Shown here piece after piece: positions 1 to 11,400 of a stretch of 64,000 bases of DNA. Numbering within the stretch: the stretch's first letter is position 1; the number at the start of each line of letters is the position of its first letter. Source of the stretch: Mobula hypostoma. Taxonomy: Eukaryota. The notes beneath the pieces were generated by a model. It was not told where the DNA came from. It did not search any database and worked only from the letters and a program-made list of their open reading frames with translations. A program made the position numbers and the translations under genes. The stretch spans positions 45,758,001-45,822,000 of the forward strand of contig NC_086108.1 in the NCBI RefSeq assembly GCF_963921235.1, written 5' to 3'.

Positions 1-204
1 TCTGGCATCCCTATTGTGTAAAGGGACACTATGTTTTAGGAAGACCTTTCCAGAAAAGTCTGGCTACAGAGGCCTCACTCATCTGACTTGAGTACACACT
101 GCCACAGTCAACCCAGCCTATTTCATCTGCAGAAGGCAGAAGTGTATCTGGTGTTCTCATTTCAAAGGTCTCAGGCTATTCTTGCTTTAACCTCAACTTC
201 CACA
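1..204 (-). repeat. ERV 3' LTR (partial)
   Basis: Minus strand starts TGTGGAAG right after a purine tract; aligns by eye (about 75-80%) with 9945-10113, e.g. tccctattgtgtaa..ggaagacctttc..acagaggcct..cttgag.acacactgc. Confidence 0.8.
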
Positions 205-219
205 CTCCCTCTTCTTTAT
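205..219 (-). promoter_or_regulatory. Polypurine tract of the ERV
   Basis: Minus strand ATAAAGAAGAGGGAG immediately followed by the TG that starts the LTR. Confidence 0.7.
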
Positions 220-397
220 CCTGTACAAATCTTACGGAATCTCAGTAACACAGAATCTCCGAAACTCTGTGACGGTTTCATCAGGGACAGTTGTCTGTGG
301 GTATCAGGGATGTACGTGCAACACTCGTGGCTAATAGTGGCACAAGTATCATAGAAAGTCTAGTCTAGTTGATTTTCGGTGGGTGGGGGGGGGAACA

Positions 398-930
398 CAA
401 GTTCAAGTTTAATTGCTATTCAACCATACATGAATACCCGTGAATGTGGCCAAATGGAACAACGTTACTCTGGGTCCAAGGTGGAAAATACAGTATCTGC
501 GGTCACACACAGCACAAGGCACATATAGCACATATAAGGTAGCAAGCACGTATAAAATATCAGTAAAATATAGTGACAGACAAAAAGATAGTCCAAGTCC
601 CTGAGTCCATAAATGTTGCAGCAGTCTACAGTTGAACACAATACAACTTGTATTCTGCCAAGCGCACACTGAGGAGATGCACAGACTCCAGCTTGGACAA
701 CTCACCACACCACCCCAGGTGGAGCACTCTGACTCTGATGCCTCTCTCAAGGGCGGCTGTAAATAGGCGACACCACAGCCTGAGGCCTGGTCCTCACTAC
801 AACCGAGTTTGCACAGCTCCCTTTCCTTCTGCCAATAAATCAGTGAATTTGGACCCGACCCGCAGCATTCCACAGTAACAGTGTCCAGCAGGGTCTTGTG
901 ATCGCAAGAAAAGCAACTGAGATGATTACT
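398..930 (-). mobile_element. LINE 3'-tail-type repeat inserted into the ERV env 3' region
   Basis: Begins aagttcaagtttaattg on +, resembling the Rex-type tails elsewhere in the window (5770, 40230); interrupts env after the CC motif. Confidence 0.45.
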
Positions 931-1920
931 CGCTGTTAGACTGCACACTGCAACTGCTCTGATGCCTCTCTGACACAGGTAGCAGCACGATCTGCGCCAA
1001 ATTCAGCTCCTTCAGTTTCTCTGCCAATGAGCAACTCTCTGATGGCGTATCGATGGGCTGATTTGGCCACAGTGCCGATTGGCAGCATTTCGGCAGTAAT
1101 GTCATTGATGGCCTCGCTAGTGTCATTTAGTGCCAAGGCTGTGTTAGTAGCCAGTTTCTCCAGCAGTGCTGAGATCACGTTAATGCTCTCGTGTGCCAGT
1201 CCGGCAGGTTCCCAGAACAAGGACACTACAATCCAGAAATGCGCAGTCTCAGTAGTCCTTGGCTGGCATCTCCTCACAGTGAGATGCAGAGAGAGTGGGT
1301 AGGTGGTTCATCCATGGTACCAAGTAGCCCAGATAACACAAACTCCTGCATGGACTCAGATCAGGCCATGATCCCATTTAAGAAGGCATACTCCTGGCAG
1401 CCAGTAATAGGCCTGTTGGCCACATAGCCAGTAAGTACCGTTAACAGGATTTGGAGGGTCACCAGTAGTATATACTTTGCAAGTATTGCTGCCTATCTAA
1501 TCCCATTCCTTGATGGTTACCAGACCTCACCCCCTTTCCCATGAAGCAGCTATGGAGTTATGCAGTCATTGTAAGTAGGTTGATACTATCTCTCAAAACA
1601 GCTGCACTGGCCAGAGTCACTCCGATGGGCAGTTGTAAGCTCATTATCAAAGTAAACCATGGAATCAACCTCGCTACCATCCGGGGGTATAAACACAATG
1701 GCAATCCACTTTCTAAATGTATAGATGCTCTCTCGAGCACTGCCAACCATCTGACTGGTTATTACATGATGCATATCTATAACTACAGCAAAGGAGAGTG
1801 TGAAGGATATTCATGCAATGAGATACTTTTGCAATTTAGGTGGAGAACAGATGTTCAGATTACCCAACATATTAAATGCATAGTGATTGGCTAATAGTGA
1901 AGATCAAGAGCTCAGTCCAT
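930..1920 (-). pseudogene. env: ERV env remnant (SU + TM ectodomain), frameshifted
   Basis: Minus-strand peptides: NQSDGWQC (decayed CWxC, 1737-1760), PVNGTYWLCGQQAYYWLP and LCYLGYLVP (SU C-terminus, about 1315-1450), hydrophobic FWIVVSLF, heptad ISALLEKLATNTALALNDTSEAINDITAEM, ISD-like TVA..HRYA, and a frameshifted CC-T-x-V. Confidence 0.85.
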
Positions 1921-2064
1921 CAGTCGTTATCAACATTGTTCTTCTGGCCTCCTGATTCCTGGTCCGGTGGCACCACTGTCTTAACGTGCGAGGCATGTAT
2001 CCACATCAGCTGTCTTTGGACCTTTAAAGTGGTAGACATGGTCAGCAATACTTGAGATGGGGAC

Positions 2065-4098
2065 TTCCCAGTGAGGCTGCAGGCAATGAATGGACCTTCC
2101 CAGTGAGGCTCCGGGCAATGAATGGACCTTCCCAGTGAGGCTCCGGGCAATGAATGGACCTTCCCAGTGAGGCTCCGGGCAATGAATGGACCTTCCCAGT
2201 GAGGCTGCAGGCAATGAATGGACCTTCCCAGTGAGGCTCCGGGCAATGAATGGACCTTCCCAGTGAGACTCCGGGCAATGAATGGACCTTCCCAGTGAGG
2301 CTCCGGGCAATGAATGGACCTTCCCAGTGAGACTCCGGGCAATGAATGGACCTTCCCAGTGAGACTCCGGGCAATGAATGGACCTTCCCAGTGAGACTCC
2401 GGGCAATGAATGGACCTTCCCAGTGAGACTCCGGGCAATGAATGGACCTTCCCAGTGAGACTCCGGGCAATGAATGGACCTTCCCAGTGAGGCTCCGGGC
2501 AATGAATGGACCTTCCCAGTGAGACTCCGGGCAATGAATGGACCTTCCCAGTGAGACTCCGGGCAATGAATGGACCTTCCCAGTGAGGCTGCAGGCAATG
2601 AATGGACCTTCCCAGTGAGGCTCCAAGCAATGAATGGACCTTCCCAGTGAGGCTCCGGGCAATGAATGGACCTTCCCAGTGAGGCTCCGGGCAATGAATG
2701 GACCTTCCCAGTGAGGCTCCAAGCAATGAATGGACCTTCCCAGTGAGACTCCGGGCAATGAATGGACCTTCCCAGTGAGGCTCCAAGCAATGAATGGACC
2801 TTCCCAGTGAGGCTCCGGGCAATGAATGGACCTTCCCAGTGAGGCTCCGGGCAATGAATGGACCTTCCCAGTGAGACTCCGGGCAATGAATGGACCTTCC
2901 CAGTGAGACTCCGGGCAATGAATGGACCTTCCCAGTGAGACTCCGGGCAATGAATGGACCTTCCCAGTGAGGCTGCAGGCAATGAATGGACCTTCCCAGT
3001 GAGGCTCCAAGCAATGAATGGACCTTCCCAGTGAGGCTCCGGGCAATGAATGGACCTTCCCAGTGAGGCTCCGGGCAATGAATGGACCTTCCCAGTGAGA
3101 CTCCGGGCAATGAATGGACCTTCCCAGTGAGACTCCGGGCAATGAATGGACCTTCCCAGTGAGGCTGCAGGCAATGAATGGACCTTCCCAGTGAGGCTCC
3201 AAGCAATGAATGGACCTTCCCAGTGAGGCTCCGGGCAATGAATGGACCTTCCCAGTGAGGCTCCGGGCAATGAATGGACCTTCCCAGTGAGGCTCCAAGC
3301 AATGAATGGACCTTCCCAGTGAGGCTCCGGGCAATGAATGGACCTTCCCAGTGAGGCTCCGGGCAATGAATGGACCTTCCCAGTGAGACTCCGGGCAATG
3401 AATGGACCTTCCCAGTGAGACTCCGGGTAATGAATGGACCTTCCCAGTGAGGCTCCGGGCAATGAATGGACCTTCCCAGTGAGGCTGCAGGCAATGAATG
3501 GACCTTCCCAGTGAGGCTGCAGGCAATGAATGGACCTTCCCAGTGAGGCTCCAAGCAATGAATGGACCTTCCCAGTGAGACTCCGGGCAATGAATGGACC
3601 TTCCCAGTGAGGCTCCGGGCAATGAATGGACCTTCCCAGTGAGGCTCCGGGCAATGAATGGACCTTCCCAGTGAGGCTCCAAGCAATGAATGGACCTTCC
3701 CAGTGAGACTCCGGGCAATGAATGGACCTTCCCAGTGAGGCTGCAGGCAATGAATGGACCTTCCCAGTGAGGCTCCAAGCAATGAATGGACCTTCCCAGT
3801 GAGACGCCGGGCAATGAATGGACCTTCCCAGTGAGGCTCCGGGCAATGAATGGACCTTCCCAGTGAGACTCCGGGCAATGAATGGACCTTCCCAGTGAGG
3901 CTGCAGGCAATGAATGGACCTTCCCAGTGAGGCTCCAAGCAATGAATGGACCTTCCCAGTGAGACTCCGGGAAATGAATGGACCTTCCCAGTGAGACTTT
4001 GGGCAATGAATGGACCTTCCCAGTGAGACTTTGGGCAATGAATGGACCTTCCCAGTGAGACTTTGGGCAATGAATGGACTTCCCAGTGAGACTCCGGG
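2065..4098. repeat. Minisatellite, 32-bp unit, about 64 copies (TTCCCAGTGAGGCTCCGGGCAATGAATGGACC)
   Basis: Directly visible; a constant ~24 bp plus about 5 variants of an 8-bp segment (GCTCCGGG, ACTCCGGG, GCTGCAGG, GCTCCAAG, ACTTTGGG). Confidence 0.99.
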
Positions 4099-4269
4099 TA
4101 GTTCTTTCATCAGTAGGCTCTCACCAGTACCTAATCTCCCAGCTGGTAGATCTGACACTCTGCAGCCAGTATGATCTTCTAGGGTTCAAATACCTGTTGA
4201 TGGAAACCTTTAAGAGCTTATGTTAGTACAATACAATATTGCAGCATGCTTTCACTCATAATATAGATG

Positions 4270-4905
4270 GTGGTTGGTGGCATCCGTTAGTCTCGTGAGA
4301 CGATGGATCTGCGCCTGGAAAGTCTTGCTTCTATACCATCATGGTGAGGCAACACTGGAGTGTCCTCTTCAGGGCACAGGCCTGGGCAAGGTTGTATGGA
4401 AGACCGGCAATTGCCCATGCAGCAAGTCTCCTCTCTCCACGACACCAATGTTATCCAAGGGAAGGGCAAATGCTGATGCAGCTTGGCACCAGTGTCGTCA
4501 CAGAAGTTGCCAGAACGAGGTTGAAGGCAATGTCAGACTGCCTTAGGGACTCCAGCTCCGGATTTGTCCTCAGGGTTTACTCCCGAAGCCTTTCCCATGA
4601 GTGGGTATGGCTGCGAGGCAGCGGAGGTTTGAAATCAGAGCTTTCCCTCTCCTAAATGGACTGCCTTCCCAGGCTGACGAGATCCATTTACCCGAAGCAT
4701 TGGTTTTAAGGCGCCAGGACCCGCCTTCACCCCTTCTCCTGTCAGTAGAAACAGTTCCGCCGGGCTTAGAGGCTAAGCCACACGAGAAGGCCAGGAGTTG
4801 GACTTGGTTGTCAGAGGCTATTTGAGGCACATGCCATGAGGAGCACTTTTAGGCAGTGGGAGCTTGTCCCCACTACCACTCCGCCGCTTGACAACTTTAA
4901 GAACC
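4270..4905 (-). mobile_element. Non-autonomous RTE-type retroposon inserted in ERV integrase
   Basis: 10-bp TSD AATATAGATG (4260-4269, 4906-4915); non-coding; resembles RTE 5'UTR/3' end (family assignment from recall). Confidence 0.7.
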
Positions 4906-5764
4906 AATATAGATGTGCATCTGTTAATTAAAAAGACAGCGGTGACTGGCAGGCAGATGGGATGTCCCAAAGCTGTCTCATGCTGAGATAGGCCTGTTAA
5001 GCAGTGCATTATGATGAGGGCCAGTGGAAATACCTTTGACCACTTTAAGTCAGTCTCACCGTTCAGTTTAGCTGACCTGCATTTGAGGGGCTCTCTCTGT
5101 CTTTTAGCTGCCCCGTAAGATTGATGGAGTAAGGGCAGGTGAAACAATGCTTACACTATAAGGCTTTTGTTAGTTCCTATATAACCTTACCCATAAAGTG
5201 AGGACCATTATCATTGGAGACTCTCTTGGGGATCCCAAACCTAGAAATAAATGATTGTGATACAAATTATCAACAGTTACAGCATCACTTCTCTGAATCG
5301 GATAAACCTTCACCCGTGGAGATAACAAACAAATTAACAAGTGCATTATCACATCCTATACATTTTGGCAAGTGCATGAAGTCCATTTAGAGATGCACAG
5401 ATGAGCTCTTGGGGGAGGGCCCAGCAGCGGCAGATACCGGCAGTGTCTTTCAGAATTATGTGTTTGGCAAATCATACAGTTGTTGCTACTTTTCTTGCTA
5501 TGATCGAGAATCTCTCATTTTCAATTGTACCCACCATCCTTTATAGTCTTACACATAGTGTGATTTAGTCCCTGATGTTCTTTCAGTCTCTGACACAATG
5601 CATCACACTGTAATTGTGCAGAATTTGGAAAGTGTTGGCAGCCTGATGACGCTGGAGTGCTACTTGGGCATAAAGATCTGCTGTCACTGCCTTAGCAAAG
5701 AAGTCAGCTTGTTTATTCCCTCCAGTTATTTCATCCTCCCCGTTAGTATGAGCCACATAGTTAT

Positions 5765-6505
5765 AGAAAAAGTTCAAAGTAAACTTAATATCAAAGCACA
5801 TGTATGACACCATGTACAACCCTGAGATTGATTTTCTTGCAGGCATACTCAATAAAACCATAATGGAGTAATAACCATAACAGAGTCAATGAAAGACCAC
5901 ACCCACTTGTGCATCTAACCAGTGTGCAAAAGACATGAAACTGTGAAAATACAAAAAGAAAATAAGAAATAATAATAATAAAAAATAAGCAATCAATATC
6001 TAGAACATGAGATGAAGAGTCCTTGCAAGTGAACTTATAGGTTGTGGGAACGTTTCAATGATAGGGCAATTGCTATTGTTTGAAGTTATCCTCTGGTTCA
6101 AGGTCCTGATGGTTGATGGGTAATAACTGTCCTGACCTGGTGCTGTGAGTCCTGAGGTTCCTGTACCTTTTTCCTGAGGGCAGCAGTAAGAAGAGAGCAT
6201 ATGCTGGGTGGTGGGGGACCTTGATGATGGTTGTCGCTTTCCTGCGACAGCGTTTTGTGTGCATGTGCTTAATGGTGGGGAGGGCTTTACCCATGATGGA
6301 CTGGAACATATCCACTACTTTTTGTAGGATTTTCTATTAAAAGGCAATGGTGTGATGCAGCCAGTCAATATACTCTCCACTAGACATCTATAGAAGCGTG
6401 TCAAAATTTTAGATGTCATGCCAAGTCTTCACAAAGGAGGTAGAGGCGTGCTGGGCTTTCTTCATAAATGCACTTAACGCACTGAACCCAGGACAGATCC
6501 TCCAC
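5765..6505 (-). mobile_element. Rex1/Babar-type LINE 3' fragment
   Basis: ORF 6073-6315 RCRRKATTIIKVPHHPAYALFLLLPSGKRYRNLRT, the typical Rex ORF2 C-terminus. Confidence 0.8.
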
Positions 6506-6514
6506 GTCAGCCAC

Positions 6515-7515
6515 AGATGTGTCATCCTACCTTCAGAATACTTCTTCCTCTTTGGGATGTATATATCCTCTGCCTTCCAAATTGCTCCCAGAAATTCCAG
6601 CCACTGCTACTCTGCCGTTATCCCTGCTAGTGTTCCCTTCCAATCAATTTTGGCCAGCTCCTCTCTCATGTCTCTATAATTCCTGTTACTCTACTGTAAA
6701 ACTGATATATCTGTTCTCCTTCTCAAATTGCAGGGTGAATGCTATCATATTATAATCACTGCCCCTAAGGGTTCCTTTACCTTAAGCTCTCTAATCTATT
6801 CTGGTTCATTGCACAACACCCAATCCAGAATAGCTGTTCAACCACAAGCTGCTCTAAAAAGCCATATCATAGGCATTCTAGAAATTCCCCCTCTTGGGAT
6901 CAAGCACTAATTTTATCTACCTGCATATTGAAATCCCCCATGACTATCGTAACATTGCCCTTTTGACATGCAATTTCTATCTCCCATTGTAATTTGTAGA
7001 CCACATCATTACTACTGTTTGGAGGTCTGTATACGACTCCCATCAGGGTATTTTTACCCTTGAAGTTCCTTAACTCTACCCTCAACAATTCTTCATCTTT
7101 TAATCCGATGTCATCTCTTTCTAATGATTTGATTTCTATTTTTATCCACAGAGCTACCCCACCCCCTCTGCCTACCCGCCAGTCCTTTTGATGCAACGTG
7201 TATAAGCTCCCAGCTATAATTTTCTTTCGGGCATGATTCAGTGATGCCCACAATGTCATACGTGCCAGTCTCTAACTCTGCTACAAGATCATCTACCTTA
7301 TTCCGTGTACTGCATGCATTCAAGTACAGTATAACACCTTCAGTCCTGTATTCATCCTTTTCAATTTTGTCCCCTTTTACACTGCAACTCATCTAACTGA
7401 TTGCAATTTTGCCCTATCATCAGCCCCTCCTTGCTAGCAGTCTCACTATACGCTTCTTCTGTTTGTAAACCAACTATCCCATCCTCAGCACCATCACTCT
7501 GGTCCCCGTCCCATT
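6515..7515 (-). mobile_element. CR1 LINE fragment (APE endonuclease region)
   Basis: LYLNACSTRNKVDDL..DIVGITES; GRGGGVALWIK; GVVYRPPNS; VMGDFN. Confidence 0.9.
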
Positions 7516-7519
7516 CACA

Positions 7520-7980
7520 GTTTTACTTCACTCTCCCATATCACACAATCTGGGCTGTAATTTATCATTTATTTACACTAGTATTTATTAACCCTGTGTC
7601 CCTGCTCGTAAAGTTAATCCGGATAATTTTGAAAACATTTCACATGCGTTCTACATATTCATTAGCATCATTGTCTCCTGCCTGTCACTGTTTTTTATGC
7701 CAACCTACAGTGCAAGGGAAACATTTTCTTAGAGCTCCTGCTAGGTACATTTAAATCAACATTTCGCTCTCTCACTCTGCACCTCTCCACCTCCCATCTC
7801 CCATCGTGCAGCTGGGAACCGCTGTCTGTGGCAGGGCACTGGCTGATGCCAGTCTGACTGAGTACTCGAGAGGTGCCACTTGCTGAATCCATGCCTGGGG
7901 AAGGCAGGGGTGCAGCATCTAGTTCATCCTCAGACTCTGGACCTACTACTTTCTTTTCAAACACTGAGGTAGACACTATT
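7520..7980 (-). pseudogene. Probable ERV gag remnant
   Basis: Position between leader and pol; minus-strand KQ*QAGDNDANEYVERM*NVF resembles the capsid major-homology region. Confidence 0.45.
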
Positions 7981-8384
7981 ATCCTTTGCCTGTTCTTTCT
8001 GTGCTTTTTCCTTCTTCAACTTTTGCTCACCTTCTCTGCTTTTTAACAGGATTCATCATACTCGTTTTGCATTTCACATCTACATTAAACCAACACAGGC
8101 CACTCTACATTTTCCTTTCTATGACACATGTCTGCAGACATTCCACCCATACAATATACTTCACAGCATATTTAATCCTTTCTGGTGCACAATGTACAAA
8201 CGTGCATGCTACTGAAATCCTTTAGAGGTCCGGGACTGGGGACTCTCAGGCTATCATTCATGCACACGCAATCAGAACACACACACACACACACACATGC
8301 ATATACAAATGTACACAGACGCACACATTTTGGAGTTCCACTGATTTACAACACACTTAATGAATTTTCTTAACTTCATGTGAA

Positions 8385-9790
8385 CTCCAAGCTGGACCAC
8401 GGCAACACCTCATGTGGGCTCCATCCCAGACCATGGCAATCGTTTTCTGGGCTCCAACCTGGACCACAGCATCATCTCATGTGGGCTCCAACCCGTACCA
8501 TGGCAACAACTTGTGCGGGCTCCAATCTGGACCATAGCAACACCTCATCCAGGCTCTAACCCAGATGGCAACACCTCGTCCAGGCTCCCACCCAAGTGGC
8601 AATACCTCATCCAGGCTCCAACCCGGATGGCAACGCCTCGTCCAGGCTCCAACCCAGATGGCAACACCTCATCCAGGCTCCAACCCAGATGGCAATACCT
8701 CATCCAGGCTCCAACCCAGATGGCAACACCTCATCCAGGCTCCAACCCAGATGGCAACACCTCATCCAGGCTCCAACCCAGATGGCAACACCTCATCCAG
8801 GCTCCAATCTAGATGGCAACACCTCATCCAGGCTCCAACCTGGACAATGGTACAGCTCATCCAGGCTCCAACCCAGATGGCAACGCCTCATCCAGGCTCC
8901 AACCCAGATGGCAACGCCTCATCCAGGCTCCAACCCAGATGGCAATACCTCGTCCAGGCTCCAACCCGGATGGCACCACCTCGTCCAGGCTCCAACCCAG
9001 ATGGCAATACCTCGTCCAGGCTCCAACCCGGATGGCAATACCTCGTCCAGGCTCCAACCCAGATGGCAACACCTCGTCCAGGCTCCGACCCAGATGGCAA
9101 CACCTCGTCCAGGCTCTAACCCAGATGGCAACACCTCGTCCAGGCTCCCACCCAAGTGGCAATACCTCATCCAGGCTCCAACCCAGATGGCAACACCTCA
9201 TCCAGGCTCCAACCCAGATGGCAATACCTCGTCCAGGCTCCAACCCAGATGGCAACACCTCATCCAGGCTCCAACCCAGATGGCAACACCTCGTCCAGGC
9301 TCCAACCTGGATGGCAACACCTCATCCAGGCTTCAACCCGGATGGCAATACCTCATCCAGGCTCCAACCCAGATGGCAACACCTCGTCCAGGCTCCAACC
9401 CAGATGGCAACACCTCGTCCAGGCTCCAACCCAGATGGCAACACCTCATCCAGGCTCCAACCCAGATGGCAACGCCTCATCCAGGCTCCAACCCAGATGG
9501 CAACACCTCATCCAGGCTCCAACCCGGCTGGCAACACCTCATCCAGGCTCCAACCCGGCTGGCAACACCTCGTCCAGGCTCCAACCCGGCTGGCAACACC
9601 TCGTCCAGGCTCCAACCTGGATGGCAACACCTCGTCCAGGCTCCAACCCGGATGGCAACACCTCGTCCAGGCTCCAACCCGGATGGCAACACCTCGTCCA
9701 GGCTCCAACCCAGATGGCAACACCTCGTCCAGGCTCCAACCCAGATGGCAACATCTTGTGTGAGCTCCAACCTGGCTCATGGCAACCTCA
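8385..9790. repeat. Minisatellite, 31-bp unit (CCAGGCTCCAACCCAGATGGCAACACCTCAT), about 39 homogeneous copies flanked by diverged ~33-bp units
   Basis: Directly visible; homogeneous core about 8549-9752, diverged units at 8385-8548 and 9753-9790; lies in the ERV 5' leader. Confidence 0.98.
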
Positions 9791-9799
9791 CCTTTTTTT

Positions 9800-10136
9800 A
9801 AACACTGCAGCTTTCCTATGTTGGCGACTAAGTTGGTGTACCTTGACTACAGGAGGAAATTTGCATTCCAGCAACAGACATAGTCCCTTGTTCAATTATT
9901 GTTGTTGGGTATGCTTCCCATCCTTCTGTTATCTTGTCTGTCCATGGCACTCCCTATTGTGTAATGGGATGCTATGTTTGAGGAAGACCTTTCTGGTGAA
10001 GTCTCACCACAGAGGCCTGACTTGCCTGGCTTGAGAACACACTGCTACAATCAGTGCAGCCTGTCTTGTCTGCAGCAACCAGTGATGCTCTGGTGGTCCC
10101 AATTGAAATGTCTCACTTGACAACAATTACCCCAGG
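9800..10136 (-). repeat. ERV 5' LTR (U3 side cut by a Rex LINE)
   Basis: 9945-10113 matches 3-172; inner boundary uncertain (candidate end ..CCAACA on minus at 9819). Confidence 0.7.
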
Positions 10137-11400
10137 CTATCCGCAACCTCCACAATTGTGTCGGTATATTGAGCACAGGATAGATCCTCCGAGATGTTGA
10201 CACGCAGGAACTTGAAACCATTCACCATTTCCACTGCCGATCCTTCGATAAGGATTGGTGAATGTTCCCTCATCCCCCTCCCTGAAGTCCACAATCAATT
10301 CCTTGGTCTTACTGACATTAAGTGCAAGATTATTGTTACGACCCCACTCAACCAGCTGATCCACCTCACTCCTGTACATCTTCTCATCACCATTTGAGAC
10401 AGTTTCGTTATCGTCAAATTTACAGATGAGCTATAGCTGGCCACACAGTCACAGGCGTAGAGAGAATAGAGCAGAGATCTACACATGTATCCTTGAGCTG
10501 TGCAGGTGTTAATTGTCAGCGAGAGGAGATGTTATTTCTGATCTGCAGACTGTGGTCTCTCGATGAGGAAGTCAAAGATCCAGTTGCAGAGGGAGGTACA
10601 GAGACCCAGGTTTTGGAGCTTGTTGATTAGTACTGAGGGTATGACGTTGTCAGACTCTGAGCTGTAGTCAATAAACAGCAACCTGACGTAGGTATTGCTG
10701 TCATCTAGGTGTCTGTGGGCGAGTGGAGAGCCGCTGAGATGACATCTGCTGTAGACCCGTTGTGGCGGTGGGTAAAATGCAACGAGTCCAGGTCCTTGCT
10801 TTGGCAGGAGTTAATTCTGGCCACAACCAACATCTCAAAGCTTTTCACAGCAGTGGATTTGAGTGCAACTGGACGATAGCTGGTGAGGCAGTTATGAATC
10901 TCAGGGTTGCATATAGTGACATATATGTAGTTTGATAATAAAGTTACTTTGAATTTTGTGCTTTGAACCCTGCTCCTCTTGGGCACTGGTATGATTGATG
11001 CCCTTTTGAAGCAGGTGGGAGCCCCCAGCTGCAGCAGTAAGAGATTGAATATATCCTTGAACACTCCAGCCAGTCAGATGGCACAGGTTTTTAGTGCCCA
11101 GATACAACATCAGGGTCTGACACCTTGCGAGGGTTCACCCTCTCGAAAGACTGTTCTCTCGTCGGCCTCTGAAATAGCTCTTAGGGTCGCCACATGCTGT
11201 GGAGAATCACACAGGTATGGTTTTATTCTTCCTTTCTAAACATGCAACAAGGACGCAAAGGCATTGAACTCATCTGGCTGTGAAGCATCGTAGCTATTTA
11301 TGATGGTAGGTTTTGCCTTGTAGGAAGTAGCGGCCTGCAAACCCTGCCAGAACTGACGTGCATCCAATGCTATCTCTAGCTTCGACTATAATTGTCTTTT
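10137..11400 (-). mobile_element. Rex1/Babar-type LINE RT fragment
   Basis: FKDIFNLLL..PTCFKRASIIPVPK..YRPVAL; YRSEVDQLVEW..NNLALNVSKTKELIVDFR. Confidence 0.88.

Larger units (their letters stand above)
1960..5760 (-). pseudogene. pol: ERV pol remnant: RNase H C-terminus and integrase (HHCC, DDE core, GPY/F), interrupted by an RTE-type insertion and the 32-bp array
   Basis: AHTNGEDEITGGNKQADFFAK (RNase H end); CMICQTHN; HL*MDFMHLP; ISRFGIPKRVSNDNGPHF; LKWSKVFPLAL..TGLSQHETALGHP; QLGD*VLVR..ESHWE[array]QVLLT..WIHASHVK. Confidence 0.9.
1..10136 (-). mobile_element. Ancient endogenous retrovirus (class I / epsilon- or gamma-like), decayed, with nested insertions; left LTR runs off the window
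   Basis: Diverged direct repeats at 3-172 and 9945-10113 (LTRs). On the minus strand, in order: leader, gag-like remnant, RNase H, integrase, env, PPT, LTR. Protease/RT not found. Confidence 0.9.

Noticed and set aside
2065..4098. CRISPR array (constant repeat with variable interval)
   Set aside because: The variable part is only 8 bp with about 5 recurring variants, there are no unique spacers or cas genes, the context is eukaryotic, and the unit derives from integrase codons.
1920..4158. Three 650-725-aa ORFs as real protein genes
   Set aside because: By-product of a stop-free 32-bp unit cycling through frames; starts are non-ATG and the surrounding pol is pseudogenised.
8276..8330. (CA)n microsatellite as a notable feature
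   Set aside because: Short, ordinary dinucleotide repeat.
2065..9790. Common origin of the 32-bp and 31-bp arrays (shared AGGCTCC and GGCAA words)
   Set aside because: Shared words are short and differently spaced, and each array has its own local ancestral sequence.
8414..10034. Overlapping ORFs with MATPHPGSNPDGNTSSRLQPRWQ repeats as a gene
   Set aside because: Explained by the 31-bp tandem unit; no splice or homology support.
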